A stretch of 64,000 nt of DNA from Camelus dromedarius (Eukaryota). Positions 42,201-56,600 of this stretch are shown here, piece after piece (position 1 is the first letter of the stretch; the number at the start of each line of letters is the position of its first letter). A program made the position numbers and the translations under genes. The notes below the pieces were generated by a model, which was not told the DNA's origin, searched no databases, and saw nothing but the letters and a program-made list of their open reading frames with translations. The stretch is from NCBI RefSeq assembly GCF_036321535.1, contig NC_087436.1, positions 22,136,001-22,200,000 of the forward strand, written 5' to 3'.

Positions 42201-45200
42201 CTTTTTTATTTATGCACGTAAGTAGATGTGCTTTTGAACTGTATTTCTGATGTGCATACCATTAAATACATATAATAAATACATATAAGTGTCATATATA
42301 TGTATACACACACATGCATATAGATACATAAAACCACTAGTGCAGAAACAGAGTGTATCATATAGAGCCCAAACAAGAGGGACATTTCAAAAGATCCTGG
42401 CTGTGTTGCAAACCCTTGGGTACATGATCAAGGAGATCCAGCCACGGGCCTGAAAGTGTCTATGGTGAGAAACCATGCTGCTGTGTGGAGTTTTTGGCAA
42501 ATCCAAATAGGATCATTTCAGTGCAGACCTTTAGGGTTCTGAAATGTACTGGTGCCTCCTGCATCATCCTAATATAAGGCTGGGCCCTCGTTGGAGATGA
42601 AACCCTTAATGATGGGACATAGAGTCCACACTGTGACTGGAGCTGCCCATCATGAACTGGCTATTGATGTGATCCCATGTATGATGTAGGAGTAACGTAT
42701 TGTGAAATGTGAGTGGTTCATTTGGAATTGGGCCCAAGCCGATCCAGAGTTACGAGTATATATCATTGAAGCACTGTCCCAGAGTCTCATGTCACTGGCC
42801 TCATGTCTGTCCCTCTGTTTCATGATGCTACTCTCTCATTCATACTTATACTGTGGAAGTTTTTGTATGATTAACTCATGAAGGAAGAAAAAACTCAAAC
42901 CCTTAAAAAGATGGGTCAGCCTCATGTGTTAGGTGGATCTTAAGGTCAGCAATGAAGAAAATCCATCCAGTGGGCAGATCTTAAAAACAGTATAATTGTT
43001 ATTCACTTAGAGGAAAAGATGGCTTGAGGTATAGATATACACTGAGTATTAGCAAAATGAATGGCTTCAAGGGCCTGGAAGAAATAAGACTAGAAGATTG
43101 GATACAAGAAGTCTGGGCAAGGGTGTGTGAGTGGGCTTATAGGAGTGAGCACAAGGTGCCTTTATGCTTCAGAGCCATGCCTGTCAGAAAGCAAATACTA
43201 CAGAGGAAACTCTCTCTGACCGGACAGACATTATCACCTGCCCATGGATACTAGCCAGACTCCTTTCTTGGACACCACGGAGTTTGTGCAATAGACCATG
43301 AAGAGGATGTCCTTGGTGGCAGACAAAGGGGCTGTACATGGACCTAAAGATATGGTCTCCTTCTCCAAGGCTGTTATAGCTACTGTCACTGCTAAATGTT
43401 AAAGGCTAGAAGTAGGTAGGCAATGGACACAAATATGGTACCATTCCATGGGGGAGACCCTGCAGCTATTTGGTGGCAGATCAATTGAGGTGGATCCCTT
43501 TGACCTTCGAGAGGGCAGCAGTTCGTCCTAGGCACATGAATAGCCTGCATTTGTTTGCCTTTTCTGCTCACCATACCAGTGCTTACAGAATGCCTGATTC
43601 AATGATATGGTGTCACACACAAAAGACACTTGTTTCACCAAAGGAGGTGCAACAGTGAGTTTGCAGTCACTCCATGCCCCACCACCCAAAAGCTACAGAC
43701 TTGATAGACCAGGGGAATAATATTATCCATGAAAGACTCAGCTCAAGTACCAGCTTGAGGAAAAACTTTAGAGTGGGAGTACTGCCCTCCAGGGTGAAAT
43801 TTCTATAGTAAACCAACAGCTTATATAGGATGTTGTGCCTACCATAGCTAAAATGACCATCTCTGCAAGAAAGGGTGGGCCTTTATAACCCATCACAGTA
43901 CCCCACTTGGGGATCTGTGCTTCCCGTTAGAATCCTGGTTTGTGGAGAATGGGTAGAGGCACTTCTGTCAGAGTCCTGCTTAACTGGAAGCTGTGATGAG
44001 TTTCACATGTGATCTGGCTACATTCCTAATTAAGTGGACCAGCAAAGATATTAAGAGATACTTTGCTCATCACCATGCGAAAATAGGGCTGCAGTGTCGC
44101 AATCTGAGCAAAGAGACATAGATCTGGAACTCAGAGGTGTCCCATGCACAGATGTGAATGGGAAATTGCCACAACCAAAATTTCATAAAGTCAAGGAAAC
44201 AAGGGCCCTAATCCCTTGGGATTAAGGTCTGGGTGACCTCACAAGGCAGCAACACCGACCAGCTGAATGCTGGTGGAGTACGAGGCAAATCTGGAATCAA
44301 TGGTAGGAAAGATTGGTGATGAATATCAATGAAGGCTCCCCAAATCAGCTGGAGTGTTGAATACTGTGCTTGGTTCACTACCTCTCTTTAAATCTTTGGG
44401 GAATTGCAACTGGCCACCACTTCGAAGGGTTGTACTTGAACTTCCCTCTTGGGGAAGATGAGGAATGTTGTTTTCTGTGCTATCTGGATTTCATAAAATG
44501 ATGCAAGTGAATTGTGCAAGAGGTTGCCTGTCCCGGGCCCCATTTATGTGCTTTTCTATGCTGGCTCAACCCCAACATGTCTTAAAGTTTTGACCACTTG
44601 GTCCACAGAGAGCCCCAGATATTGCCACCATTGTCACCTTGTCTCCTGATGCCAGCAGTTTATCAGCATCCTTCAAGGTGAAGACCAGCCATTAGCATAC
44701 CCCCAATGGCATCTGCCATGGAAAGATCCAGAAGGGCTCTGGCACCCATGTCTTAAACCAGACCAGACCCAGGAACATTCAGTCTCCACTGGGGTATGGC
44801 TTCCCCAGTGGCTGCCCAGAGGAGACAGATGATATTACTGGAAGTGTGGGGGACTTTCTGTCCCACAGGGTGAATCTTTACCAGTGAAAGAGAGACGATG
44901 GTAAGGAACTGGCACATAAACGTCTCTTCCTCCACCTAACAAGCTGTCCCAAGGTGCAAAGATTCCATATGACATCCCTAGAGTCGTTCCACTCGGCCAA
45001 GTAACTGGCTGTGGTTTCTTGTGAAGTTCTGCCCAGTGCGTTAACGGACCATCCTGTGTTTGCTTTCTCTTTTTGCCTGCAACTTCTCTTACTCTCTCTG
45101 GCTGACCTGGGATTGCTTGATCGCAGGCCCTGCCTTCCAGAGAACCGGGATTGGGGTGCAAAACAAGGCTCCTAAACTCCAGAATTTTTCTTAATTGAGC

Positions 45201-48200
45201 GACAAATTAAAATGAAGTCTAAAGAGCCCTAGCCATCCTGGCTGAAAAGCTTACTGACTTGGGTGCACCCGATGGCCTTCTCTCTTTATCTATTTCAATT
45301 AATTAATGTAATTAATTTCTTTCATTTAAAAAATACTTAAAGTTGCCTTTTTGGCTCTGCCTCATTTTGTTTTACAACTTTTTCATTACTCTACTCTGCA
45401 TTATTACATCTTTTTTCTATAGTTCCCTGTATTTGAACTTTTTTTTTAGTGCAAAGAAACTTTATGTTGGTTTTTTGTCCTTTTCAGCACATGTCTATTT
45501 AAAGTCATCTCTTAGAACAAACAAGCAGTGAAAGCCAGGTCTCATCTATTCCTGTATATAAGTTTTGACGTATTAGAGGAGTATAATACATTTAAAACAC
45601 CATTTTAGAGATTCCTCCCAGCTTCCCTCCAGTCATGCCCTGCAGAACACTAAGCTTTTCTGACCACACTGTCAGATTTCTCTTGGGCAAGGAAGTGTCC
45701 AGCACCCCAGTATCCCACACCATAATCAGGGCTTCACCTCTTCCCTCTGTCACCACTTACTTTTTAATTATTATTTCTGATAAAGATTCAGAGACAACAT
45801 AAATTGTAAACCTGTGGTGCATTTATTAGTATTAAATAGGAATGCTTAGCTGGTCTTTATGTTATAACTGTATATTGGAAGTAAAATCTGAAACCTTACA
45901 TACTAAGTTGATGTTTGCTGTCTACCTCAGATTTGACCTAGTTGTCCAGGTTCTTCTAGACTTGGACATCTCGAGCTTTGGGAATTTTCTGTCTGTCTGG
46001 GTTGTAGTTTTGTTCTGAATTTGAATACCTGCCACTTGAGTGCACACAGAGAACTTGACTCTCCAATTCTTCAGCCTTCCCTCCTAACACCCCTTTGGTC
46101 ACAAACTTCCTTTACTCTCATTGTCCATTGATTAATTACTTCTCCCTCGAATGTTGTGTGATGAAAGCTAACCTGTGGGAAAGTTGAGAATGAGATTAAG
46201 GTTCACAAAAATGGTGAAGACCTCGGATGGAAGCTGCAGCAGTACTGAGTCAAATTCTCACTGAAGCAAAACAAAGGTGGCTACAAACATTTGAAAGCAA
46301 GTCACATTTTTGCACATCATCCATTATTCTTGCGACAAACAGGATGCTCAGGATTCTACATCTTCAGAATTTATTAGCTTGGTATTTAGCATGTTTCACA
46401 GCCAAAATAGCAGAGAAGCTTCATTATTGCTGGTTAAATTAGCCTCATGAAAATGTTGTTGGTAAAAGGTTACAGAAATGAATAAGAAATCTAACCAAGC
46501 AGCATATTAAAACATTTATCATGGTAATTTAAAAAGGCATTCTGATGATTTAAATCAACGTGGCTAAAGGGTAGAGAATTAGATAAAAGTTAATAATTAA
46601 AATCTAAATGACTTGATTAGCTCTTCCTTTTGATAAAAAAGGGGGCAAAATATAGGCAGATAATATTTACTTAAATTGTCCTCTTGCGAGAAACAGAGAT
46701 CAACAAAATCATACCTGATCATACTATTTGTGTGCTTTAAAAAGATAACAGCTATATGATACATAAACTAGATTACTTCAGACATAGTCAGGTAGCCCTT
46801 TCCACATTATTTTATCTTAGAGAATCAAAGCCTAGAACTTAGCCATTTCTCTACTGAGATTTAGTGGAGTTTTTTTTTAATGAAATATTCTCTTTATATG
46901 CCTTAGTCTTTGCCATCTCTGTGAAATTTTTATCAGTAAAGTTAACCTTTTTTTTTTGCTCTTTGACATAATCTTTTTTTTTTATTGAAGTATAGTCAGT
47001 TACAATGTGTTAATATCTGGTGTACAGCATAATGTTTCAGTCATACATATACATACAGATACTCGTTAATGTTTATATGGCCTGAATTATTCATATCATC
47101 CTTTGTGTTAAAATGATTTTTTTTTCTAAAAGTGTGCAGAGCTTTCCTAAAAGGGATAGTGAATCAAGTTTTTATTAGTTTGGCGACTTTGATTAAGCAT
47201 TTTGTGTCTGTGGATTTAAGATCAAAATAAATATTGTCTCCTCTTTTCCATTCTTAATAGAAACCAGGAGCTAAAAGAACTTGGTGAACTATCTCCACAC
47301 TGGGACAATCTACGAAAAAATGTCCTTATTCACTGTGATCAAATGGTGAATATGTACCAAGACATTCTGACAGAACTTAGCAAGGAAACAGGTGTGAAAT
47401 CAAGAAGTTTACATATTCAAGCTGAATTGCATTTCATGTATGTTATATAAAAACAATAATAAATAATGTTGTTGTGGGTATAGAAGAGCCAAGATTTAAA
47501 AAAATCTTTATTTCCAGCTCTACCATCTTGGCATGAAAAACAAGGAAGAAAAAATTACACTATTTTACCTCATGGCATCATTATAGGAATGAATAACTGA
47601 GATTTTTTTTAAATTAAATTTCTAATAAAAGCAACTCATACAGGATCTATTTTTCTTTCTGAAATTCTTGTCACATTTTTCTATGTCAAGTGTACTTTTC
47701 AAATTATGTGAGCACACATACAGACATTATTTATTTACTAATGATACTCAATTTTTTTTTCCACCTAGGGTCCTCTTTCAAATCAAGCAGCAGCAAAGGA
47801 GAGAAAACATTAGAATTTGTTCCGGTAAATCTACATCTACAAAGAATGCATGTACACAGCCCTCACTTGAAAGGTACTGTATCATATTCTTTTGAAAAAT
47901 GAGCAAATTATGTTAATGTGTTCTTTTTTAAAAAGCTTGACTATTGGCCGGATTTAAAAATTTAGCAGTTATATAAAGGTGAAAATGAAACAATTTAAGC
48001 AAATAATGATCCTAAATACTACAAGAGAAACTATTTTTTTTCATTGCTGTGTTTCTGGGCAATACTTTGTAAATATGGCACCTGAACTGAGTTACAGGTG
48101 AGTATGCAAAATGAGTATTAGTTTTCTTAAATAGTATTAATGATAGCTAATAGCTACCAATTTTGCTGCTGTTTGAATTTTAAAAAATAAAATCAAAAGG

Positions 48201-51200
48201 AAAACAAGGCTTATTCTTTTTGCACCTATCTTGAGAAACCAGAGAAACCATAGGTGGACTCCTCTGCTGTTTCTCTGACTTCGTGGTGACTGTCAATAGA
48301 ATCACCCTTTTCCCTGTGAGATGTGGATTTGTCAGGCAGGAGGTGGTAAAGTATTTTGATGTACTCAGTTGTGAGATACACTTTCCAAGAAAATATGTAT
48401 GATTTTCATAACATACCTGAATAGCTCTAGAGTGAATGATAGGGTGTTGTATTCATTGCCACTCCACATAATTCCTTGCCATTGCTCAGTAAAATGGATT
48501 TTAAAATACCTCTCCTTTCCCTTTTTCTTTAACTTACTGCTGTATCAATTCTGGTGTATATTTAGGGTGACTGCCTTCCCCTATTCATCAACAAAAGTCC
48601 CACATTATTTTGTTTGTTTTGTCTTTTTGTTTTGGTTTGGTTTTTTTTTGAGGGGGGAGGTGAGTAGGTTTATTTATTTTTCTTTATTTCTCAATGGAGG
48701 TACTGGGGATTGAACCCAGGACTTTGTGTGTGCTAAGCATGTGCTCTACCACTGTGCTATCCCCTCCCCTCAAAAGTCCTACATTATGCCTGTTGCCCAG
48801 GATCTTTGCCCTCCACCTCCATTCCCTCTCAGATGTCTCCCCATTTGAATGATATGTTATGGTCATTCTACTTAGTACACATCTTCATAGGAAACCAAAA
48901 GTTACTTTAGATCATCAAATCCCTCATGCTAAGTGTATCAACATACACTTACAAACTTACGCAGATACATCTGAAGAAGGGTTTTAACACCCAGTGTTGT
49001 AACCATTGTCACAACACAGAGGGTACAGGTTTTAAAAAGTTAAAATAAAATCTCTGTTCTGCTTTAAAATTATCTGAAGTTTTATAATTAGAAAAATTAA
49101 TTTTTCTAAGTTTGTACATACTGATGGTGTCTACAAAACCAGCTAACATATAAGGTCAAGTGTGGTTACAATCATTCTGATAAAACAATTTTGTTTTCTT
49201 TGGCAACCCTTATCAACTATCTGAAATTTTAACTTGGATCCTGTTCACCAAAAATTATGTGAAAGGTAAGAACTGAAATAAAAGTGAGATGGATTAGCCT
49301 AAAGCATTCAGGAACCTTCCTTGATTACTGTGTCTGTTAATAGTTTGAACATAACAACATCTAATGGTTTTAAAAAATCATCCAAACTGAAGTATCAACA
49401 AGTAATAAAGAAGCTAAAATACTTAAAAACTATCTGACAGCCAACATATTTTTTCTCTAGTGGCCGGTATGAGAAGACTTTTATGATATAGTAAAAAATT
49501 TATGTATTTTGGAATGGAACAGAATTTCAGCTTTACCATTTTACATATGGCTTAAGTCTGTTATTTGATCTTTCTAAGCAGTTGTTCTGTTCTGATTAAA
49601 AGCATGTACAACACGTAGAATGAACAGTAAGAGTTTTTATGATACCTGTAGAATTTGCCCTCACTGAAACAAATGGATCTGTCAGTTTTATCAGGACTGT
49701 TAAAATTGGAGAAAAGTGATCAGTTAAGAGCCTATTAGGAGACACTGAAATCTTGAATTAAGGAAGTAGCCAGATTTAGAGAAAAGATGATTTAAGAGCA
49801 GCATTTTGGAAACATCATCATAAACAAGTATTCAGTGACGGATAGAATGAAATAAAAGAGAGTAGGGTGACTCAGGTTACAGCCATGGATAGCAGTATCA
49901 TCAAACTAGATCATTTGTTGGGCCAAGTTAATATGAATGTATATTGAAATATGCATTCAAATATTTGGTGATAATCTTGAAAATACTTCCACCTAACAAA
50001 GAGAAATTATTATCTAAGTGGCCTTTTGCTTTATACTTATTTCTTGAAAATGAAAGAACCATTCACATTATGCTGTTTTTTCCAAGGTAATATCTGAAAA
50101 CAGACTAGAGTGAACGGAGATAAATACAAGGCATTTAGTTTTCGTTTCTCCAATGTGAAAAGAAGAAACTGACAACTAAAGATATTCTAAGTACCTTCTT
50201 AGGGGGACACAATTCAACCCACTTTAGGATATATACAAAAATGTCTTGTCTGGGATGACAAATAGCAAGCAGCAGAGAGAAGAGTAAGATTTTGATGTTA
50301 CAGAACTAGGGTATAATTCAGCAACTAGAGGATTTTTGATGCAGCAGTTTTCAGGAAAAAAAAAAAAAAAAAAAAAAAAACTGGTTCCTTTTTTTGAAGA
50401 CCTAAGGCGAAAACATGAGAAAGGAGTAGGTATTCTAACAGCCAAGAATTATACAAAGGTCCTGAATTCTATTACATATTAATTTTCCCTAAGGCTACTC
50501 ATGTATTATACATACGATGTGCATGTCATATGTATACCATTAAATATTAAATTTGTAAGTTTAAAAACATTTATGTTTTGGTAAGTTTGAAAGTTCTTAT
50601 TTTAAATTGAAATTCAGATCAAGTAGGTGTTCTATAGACTAGACCACCAACTATATACCATAATAGAAATTGAAAACTACTGAATTTTGGGGCTTTGCCA
50701 CTTACTTCTTCGATTCTGACTAAGTTGATAACCTTTCTGAACTTCAGTTTTTTTTATTTGTGAAATAAAATGGTTGAAAGTTATAGATGGTAGTCAGTCA
50801 GATTTTCTACTTGCTTATGTAACATGTATTTAGGAGATTAAATGAATTGCGGTTAAATTTATTTAAGATCCATGGTTACTGATTTGACTGTTTAGCTGAA
50901 TGACAGACAACATTTTGCAAGGTAATGATGCAAGTAAGATTGGCCAAGCCTTGGTATTTGTTGAGTTATTTGGTTGTAGCCTCCATTTATTTTCATTCTT
51001 ACCATTAGTAAATTGCATCTATCCACATTTGATTAATATGCCAGCTATATTTGGAGAGGCAGCTTTGCAAACAATAGCTGGCAGATTCACCAAATCACAA
51101 GGCTAATGTCTAGCTCTTGAAACAAGCAACTGAGCAGAACTAATGTCACCATGTCTCATACTGACAAATGAAATAACCTCCATTTAACTTCAGGTGCCCC

Positions 51201-53639
51201 CAGACCCGTTAAGTTAATTTTTTATCCTTGTTCATTACTTAAATGCAACGAATAGAGTTCCCATTCCAACAGAGATCTTAGCAGCAGTGACAACAGTAAC
51301 ACAAATCCCTGAAATTAAGAAGAAAAGTTCCCTCTCCCATAGAACTCAATAAATTTTATTTTCATAGAAAATCAGTTTGTGAATATGATAAATTATGGAT
51401 TCTTATGATATTACTCCATGTTTAAGTTATTTTCTATGTTGTATATATAGTATTGTATTATAGTACATAGCAAAGAAAGAGTGGGAGGAAGAGGGAGAGA
51501 GAGCAAGGAAGGAAGGAAGGAAGAAGGAAAAAAAGGAAAACAGAAGGAACCTACTCTATTATATCATAGGGCTGCAGTTGGAATCAGGTGCATCACTGGC
51601 CAGGATTTACTGTGTAACTATGAATGAGTCAGCTAACCTCTCTGCCCTTTAGTCTTCTGATTTCTACACAGAGGGAAGGAAGAAACAAGAGGAGCTATTT
51701 CGAGCCCCCTGACTTCTGTCTCTCAAGAGTTTGGGTGTATCACCTCTTCAGTGAAGTGTAATTACCTTTTAGATGTATTTAATGATGATGCCAAATGGCT
51801 TGGACTCTTTTGAAGCAGACTTCCCTTAAGATTCCCTATTGCCTTGTGATTCATGTTGAAGTCATTTTGTGGACCATTTGGAAGTCAGGGAGTATGCTTA
51901 AATTGTTCCTTGAAATGAGATCAGCATGTCTACATTTTTTTTTCATCAGCACTAATTTTATAGTTGTAGGAATTTTAAAGAGATCTTCTGGGAAAAAAAT
52001 AGACTTATTATCTCATTTCTATTATTAAATGGCTTTTAAAAGGCTACGAGGCAGCCCTATTATTAAATTTCAAACCAACCTATCATCTTTAGCTTGATTA
52101 CACTCAACGGCTTGAACTCAACTTTCCTAATATGGTGTATCAGATACCATCTTCATAAAGCAAGGAATTTTTGAAATATAAAATATCAAAGAAAGACGAT
52201 ATGCAGATTATATTTTTTAAAAAAGAAAAAAGGACCTTACAATGATTTTGCTTAACTTTTCTTGAAAATAAAATGCCCATCTAGATTTTTATAATTATCT
52301 CCTAGTACCAAAAATCTGAACGTTAAGGGCTATTCATTTCACAAAGATACCTAATTTAATGAGCAGGATAAAATGAGGAAAATTTTAAAATGAGACAGAT
52401 ATCACTGCTCAGTTGTTGTCTTAGACCCTGTAGATAGCAGTGCTACACAGCAGATTTTTAGAATTTATTCCTCTTGTTTGACTGAAACTTTACACCTTTT
52501 AATTAGTAAGTCCCCATTTCTCTCTCCCCACCACACCCTCTGGCAACCACTATTACACTCTTTGAGTCTATGGATTTGACTGTTTTAGATACCTCATATA
52601 AGTGGAATCATGCCATATTTAACTTTCTGTGACTGGCTTATTTCACTTACTGTAATATCCTCAAGGTTTATCTATGTTGTCACATATTGCAGAACTCCCA
52701 TCTTTTTCAAGGCTGAAAAACACTCCACTGTATGTATGTAGCATATTTTCTTTATCCATTCACCTGCTGATAGATGTTTAGGCTGTTTCCGTGTCTTGGC
52801 TATTATGACTAGTGCTGTAGTGAACACAGGAGTGCTAATATCTCTTTGAGATCCTGATTTCAGTTCTTTTGCAAAAACACCCAGAAATGGGATGGCTAGA
52901 TCATATGATAGTTCTGTTTTCAATTTTTTGAGGAGCCTCCATTCTGTTTTCCATAGCAGCTGCATCATTTTGCATTCCCACCAACAATGTACAAGAGTTC
53001 TCGTTTCTCCCCATCATGGCCAATACCTGGCATCTTTTTTTTTTTTTTTTTGATAATAGCCACCCTTACAGATGTGAGGTGATATCTCATTGTGATTTTG
53101 ATTTGCAGTTTCCTGATAATTAATGACATTTAGCATTTTTTCATATCCCTGTTGGCCATTTGTATGTCTTCTTTGGCAAAATGCCTATCCAAGTCATTAA
53201 CCCATTTTTAAGAAGGTTATTAATTTTTCTCACTATTGAGTTGTGGGAGTTCCTTACAAAACCTCATCAAGTATACAGTTTGCAAGCATACAGTCTTATG
53301 TTTAAATCTTCAGTCCTTTTTGGGTTGATTTTTTTGTGCATGCTCTAAGGGTCTAATTTCATTCTTTTGCATATGATAATCATAAGCTCTATGCTATTTA
53401 ATAGAATATGAACTATGAGTGGGTATATGAATGGATGAATTCATTCCCATCCCCTGGAGATATATATATATATATATATGCATTCTATATTATACATATA
53501 TTCTAATATGTTTATTTCTGGATAGTATATCTAAGTATTTCTTTTTAGTTAAGAATAGTGATTCCCTGTATGATCTGAAGACAAATATGACAAAGTGAGT
53601 TGACCCTCAAAATACTTGTTTGTTTGTTTGTTTGTTTGT

Positions 53640-53678
<39 letters not shown>

Positions 53679-56600
53679 TTGACATTCATTGGGCACTTAA
53701 AACATGCATGATGCTGAGACATTTGCATGTTCTTCTATTAATATTTGAAATCTTTGAAGAGGGATATGAGTACCAGAGCCTGGGTTCTGGGCAGTGATTG
53801 CATGGCCACTCATATAGGAGAAGTGATCCTCTACACTGTGGGTGCAGGGAGGCCAAAATTGAAGAGGCAGTAGTAATCCTGACAAGAAGTTAGAGAGATG
53901 GGAATTAAGGTAAAGATGGTTAACATGGATAAGAGAGAATAAAACTTTGGTAGCGGAGTGGTTAGAACTGATCGGAAAAAAATGTTGAGAGGAAGAGAGA
54001 AATTAAAAATGATCTTGAGATCTTCAGGACATTACTCTGGAATATTTAAAAGAATGAAGTATCTAAATTGGTCACAGGGAACGAGGGAGGAAAAGCAGGT
54101 TGGAAGAATCAGAAAGCTAAGCTTAATAGCTGGTTGACATTCAGAGATGTTCATAAGGCAGCTTAAGAACTGGATTCCTTAGTGTGGAAGAGGTCAGAAC
54201 TAGCCAGGGATGGAGATTTTATAGCCTTTGGTAAAAATACAGCGTTAAAACTCTAAATGGGATGAGTTCATGAAGAAACAATAGGATGGAAAGAAGTAAA
54301 AGTCAGAACTTTGGATATGAGAGAGCTTGTTCATAACTTCGGAAGTTCTTTAGATTAATTCAAGAAATGCAAGCTCCTCCATCTAGATTTAAAAATAAAT
54401 AATCAGTTATTTATTGAATGGAGAGTATTTGAGCAACTTGCTTCTCTTCCTTTACCTGCTGTTTAAAAGTCTCTTGGTTCCTTCAAGTTGACTAGAATTC
54501 CCAAGAGCAGTGAAGGAAATGAATAAAGGAACAGAAAGTTTCTGTTCCTAGAAAGTAGCTTTGGAAGCTGCTTGAAACTATGAATAAATTGAGGCAGATT
54601 CACCACGAAGCTAATAAAGATTAAGTTCAGGGCTCTGCATGTGCGTGGGCCTCCTTACAAGACTCCACAAAGGGCCCCAGCAACAAGTCTGTGGTCAGAT
54701 GGTTTTGCAAATTTTGCAAAGTAAGTCATTTTAATCTCCATCAATTAAGACTACTCTCTCACTCAGATTTCCCCTTCCCTCATTCTTGCCCTTTTGCTGA
54801 GTGGTATTGGAGAGGCCATGGACAACTTTTTTGGAAATACAGTTAGGAGAACATTTAGTTTGGGCTTGGAGGGACCTGTGGATACAGTTTATAGTTTCTT
54901 TGGTATATTGTTGGTGTTGCTGGTTTTAGCAGAAGTGCAGTGTATTTCATTGCAGCATTATGATGATTTTTTTTTTTTGCATTTAGTTCAAATTAATGCA
55001 GGAACTGATCTTATTCAGAAGACTGAGCCCCAGAATCACTTTCCTTTTCAGACTGAAAAGTTTATTTTTATGGAGAAATTATCAAAAGTTAAAATACCAC
55101 TTTTCTTTGCTTAATTGGTAGAATTACTTCCTATAGGGAAAATAATCATAGATAATACATACTGAATGCTTACTTTTTTTAACTACTTTTCAACTCCATT
55201 TTCTAGTTGAGGAACTGAGATATAGAGATTGTTAGGTAATTTTCCCAGTACTGCACAACTTATAATGGCAGAGCTGGGATCCGGAGCCAGGGACTCAGGG
55301 TCCAGTCAGTAACTTACACCACTGCCTCTCCATCCCTGGGTTAGAAGGCAGAAGCCCCTGGGTGTAAGGTCTTCGAGACTTTAAACAAACCCAGTAACTT
55401 CTTAAGGTCATCAGGTTTCTCATCAGATAAAAGAAGATGGACTAGAATTTAATGTTGGCAACTTTTGGGTGATCTCATGACCATTTGAGAAAGCTGTGAC
55501 CCCTTTCCATGAAGTAGAATGGGTGCGCTAATCCACTTCACATCTATTCATGGACACTTTTACCCCTTTTCTTAGCCCTAGGTTAAAATCCCCTGGCCTC
55601 AGAAATCTTAAATTTTCACATGAGTCTAATATGCTGCTATTTTAAGAAAAGATGACATCTAGTTTATTAATGATATTTTAGAAGGGCAAGAGATCACCAC
55701 TCCAGCAGTCTATTATGTGATGGTTCAGTATCTACCATGGTTTTGCTTGAGTTGTGTTTCTGGTGTTTTATGACCTTGAGTTCTCAGGGTGCTACTGAAG
55801 TCTTTCACTTGAAGACATATTTTATTAAAAAAAGAAAACTATTTCATTTGGATTTAACCACTATGAAGAAGTTATGGTGTTTACCTGAAGCTAATAAAAT
55901 AATGTATGTTCTCCCTGTAAATGAGGTCTGAAAAACAACCATGATGTCAATACCAAATCAATTTGAAAAGGTTCTACTATGAAATTAGGTTTCTCAAACA
56001 AACTGTGGTTTAACAAGAGGGCATTCACCTTGTCTTCCTTCTTATGGCGACAGTTTTCATTAGAATGTAAAAATGATGGCGTGTTTTGAAGCAGTAAACT
56101 TAATATGTATCAAACTTGATGGCTTTCAAGATCAAAGGACTGAGTTTCAATTTAAATGTATGGATTTTTTATTAAAAAAACAAAGTATCTCACTGGAAAA
56201 TAGATCAAGAGACATTTTTTATATTCTTTCTGTGTCACCTAAGTAAATTGCAAAACTCAATTGCAGACATTCAAAATAGTGTAAGATTTAGGATACAGGC
56301 AGGAACTACTCTGTATAGATTTTTTTTTAATGCACTAGTACTGTTCTGCCCTGAGTCAAAATGCATTAATATTTTGGTTCTTTTCTCTGTAAATTTTGGT
56401 TGGAAGATTGTTCATTATTGTTGAATTTCGAAATAATTGCAAATTAAATGATGCAAAACTAAGTAAAGTAAAATACACAAAAGACCAATTAACATGTTAT
56501 CTCAGTAAGTCTACAGAAGAATGAGAGAACATTCTGTTCTACACAGTAGCATATAATTAAGATGTAGTCATAAATCAAGGAAATATTATAACTTGTTTAG

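Noticed and set aside
50068..50092. Pyrimidine tract plus AG|GTAAT, resembling a recursive splice site (similar at ~7812 and ~21889)
   Set aside because: These introns are short (9-18 kb) relative to known vertebrate recursive introns, and the motif is expected by chance; nothing else supports it.
50896..50927. Possible small exon ending at AAG|GTAATG
   Set aside because: The better acceptor gives 26 nt with an immediate in-frame stop, and the in-frame 15-nt option has no pyrimidine tract.
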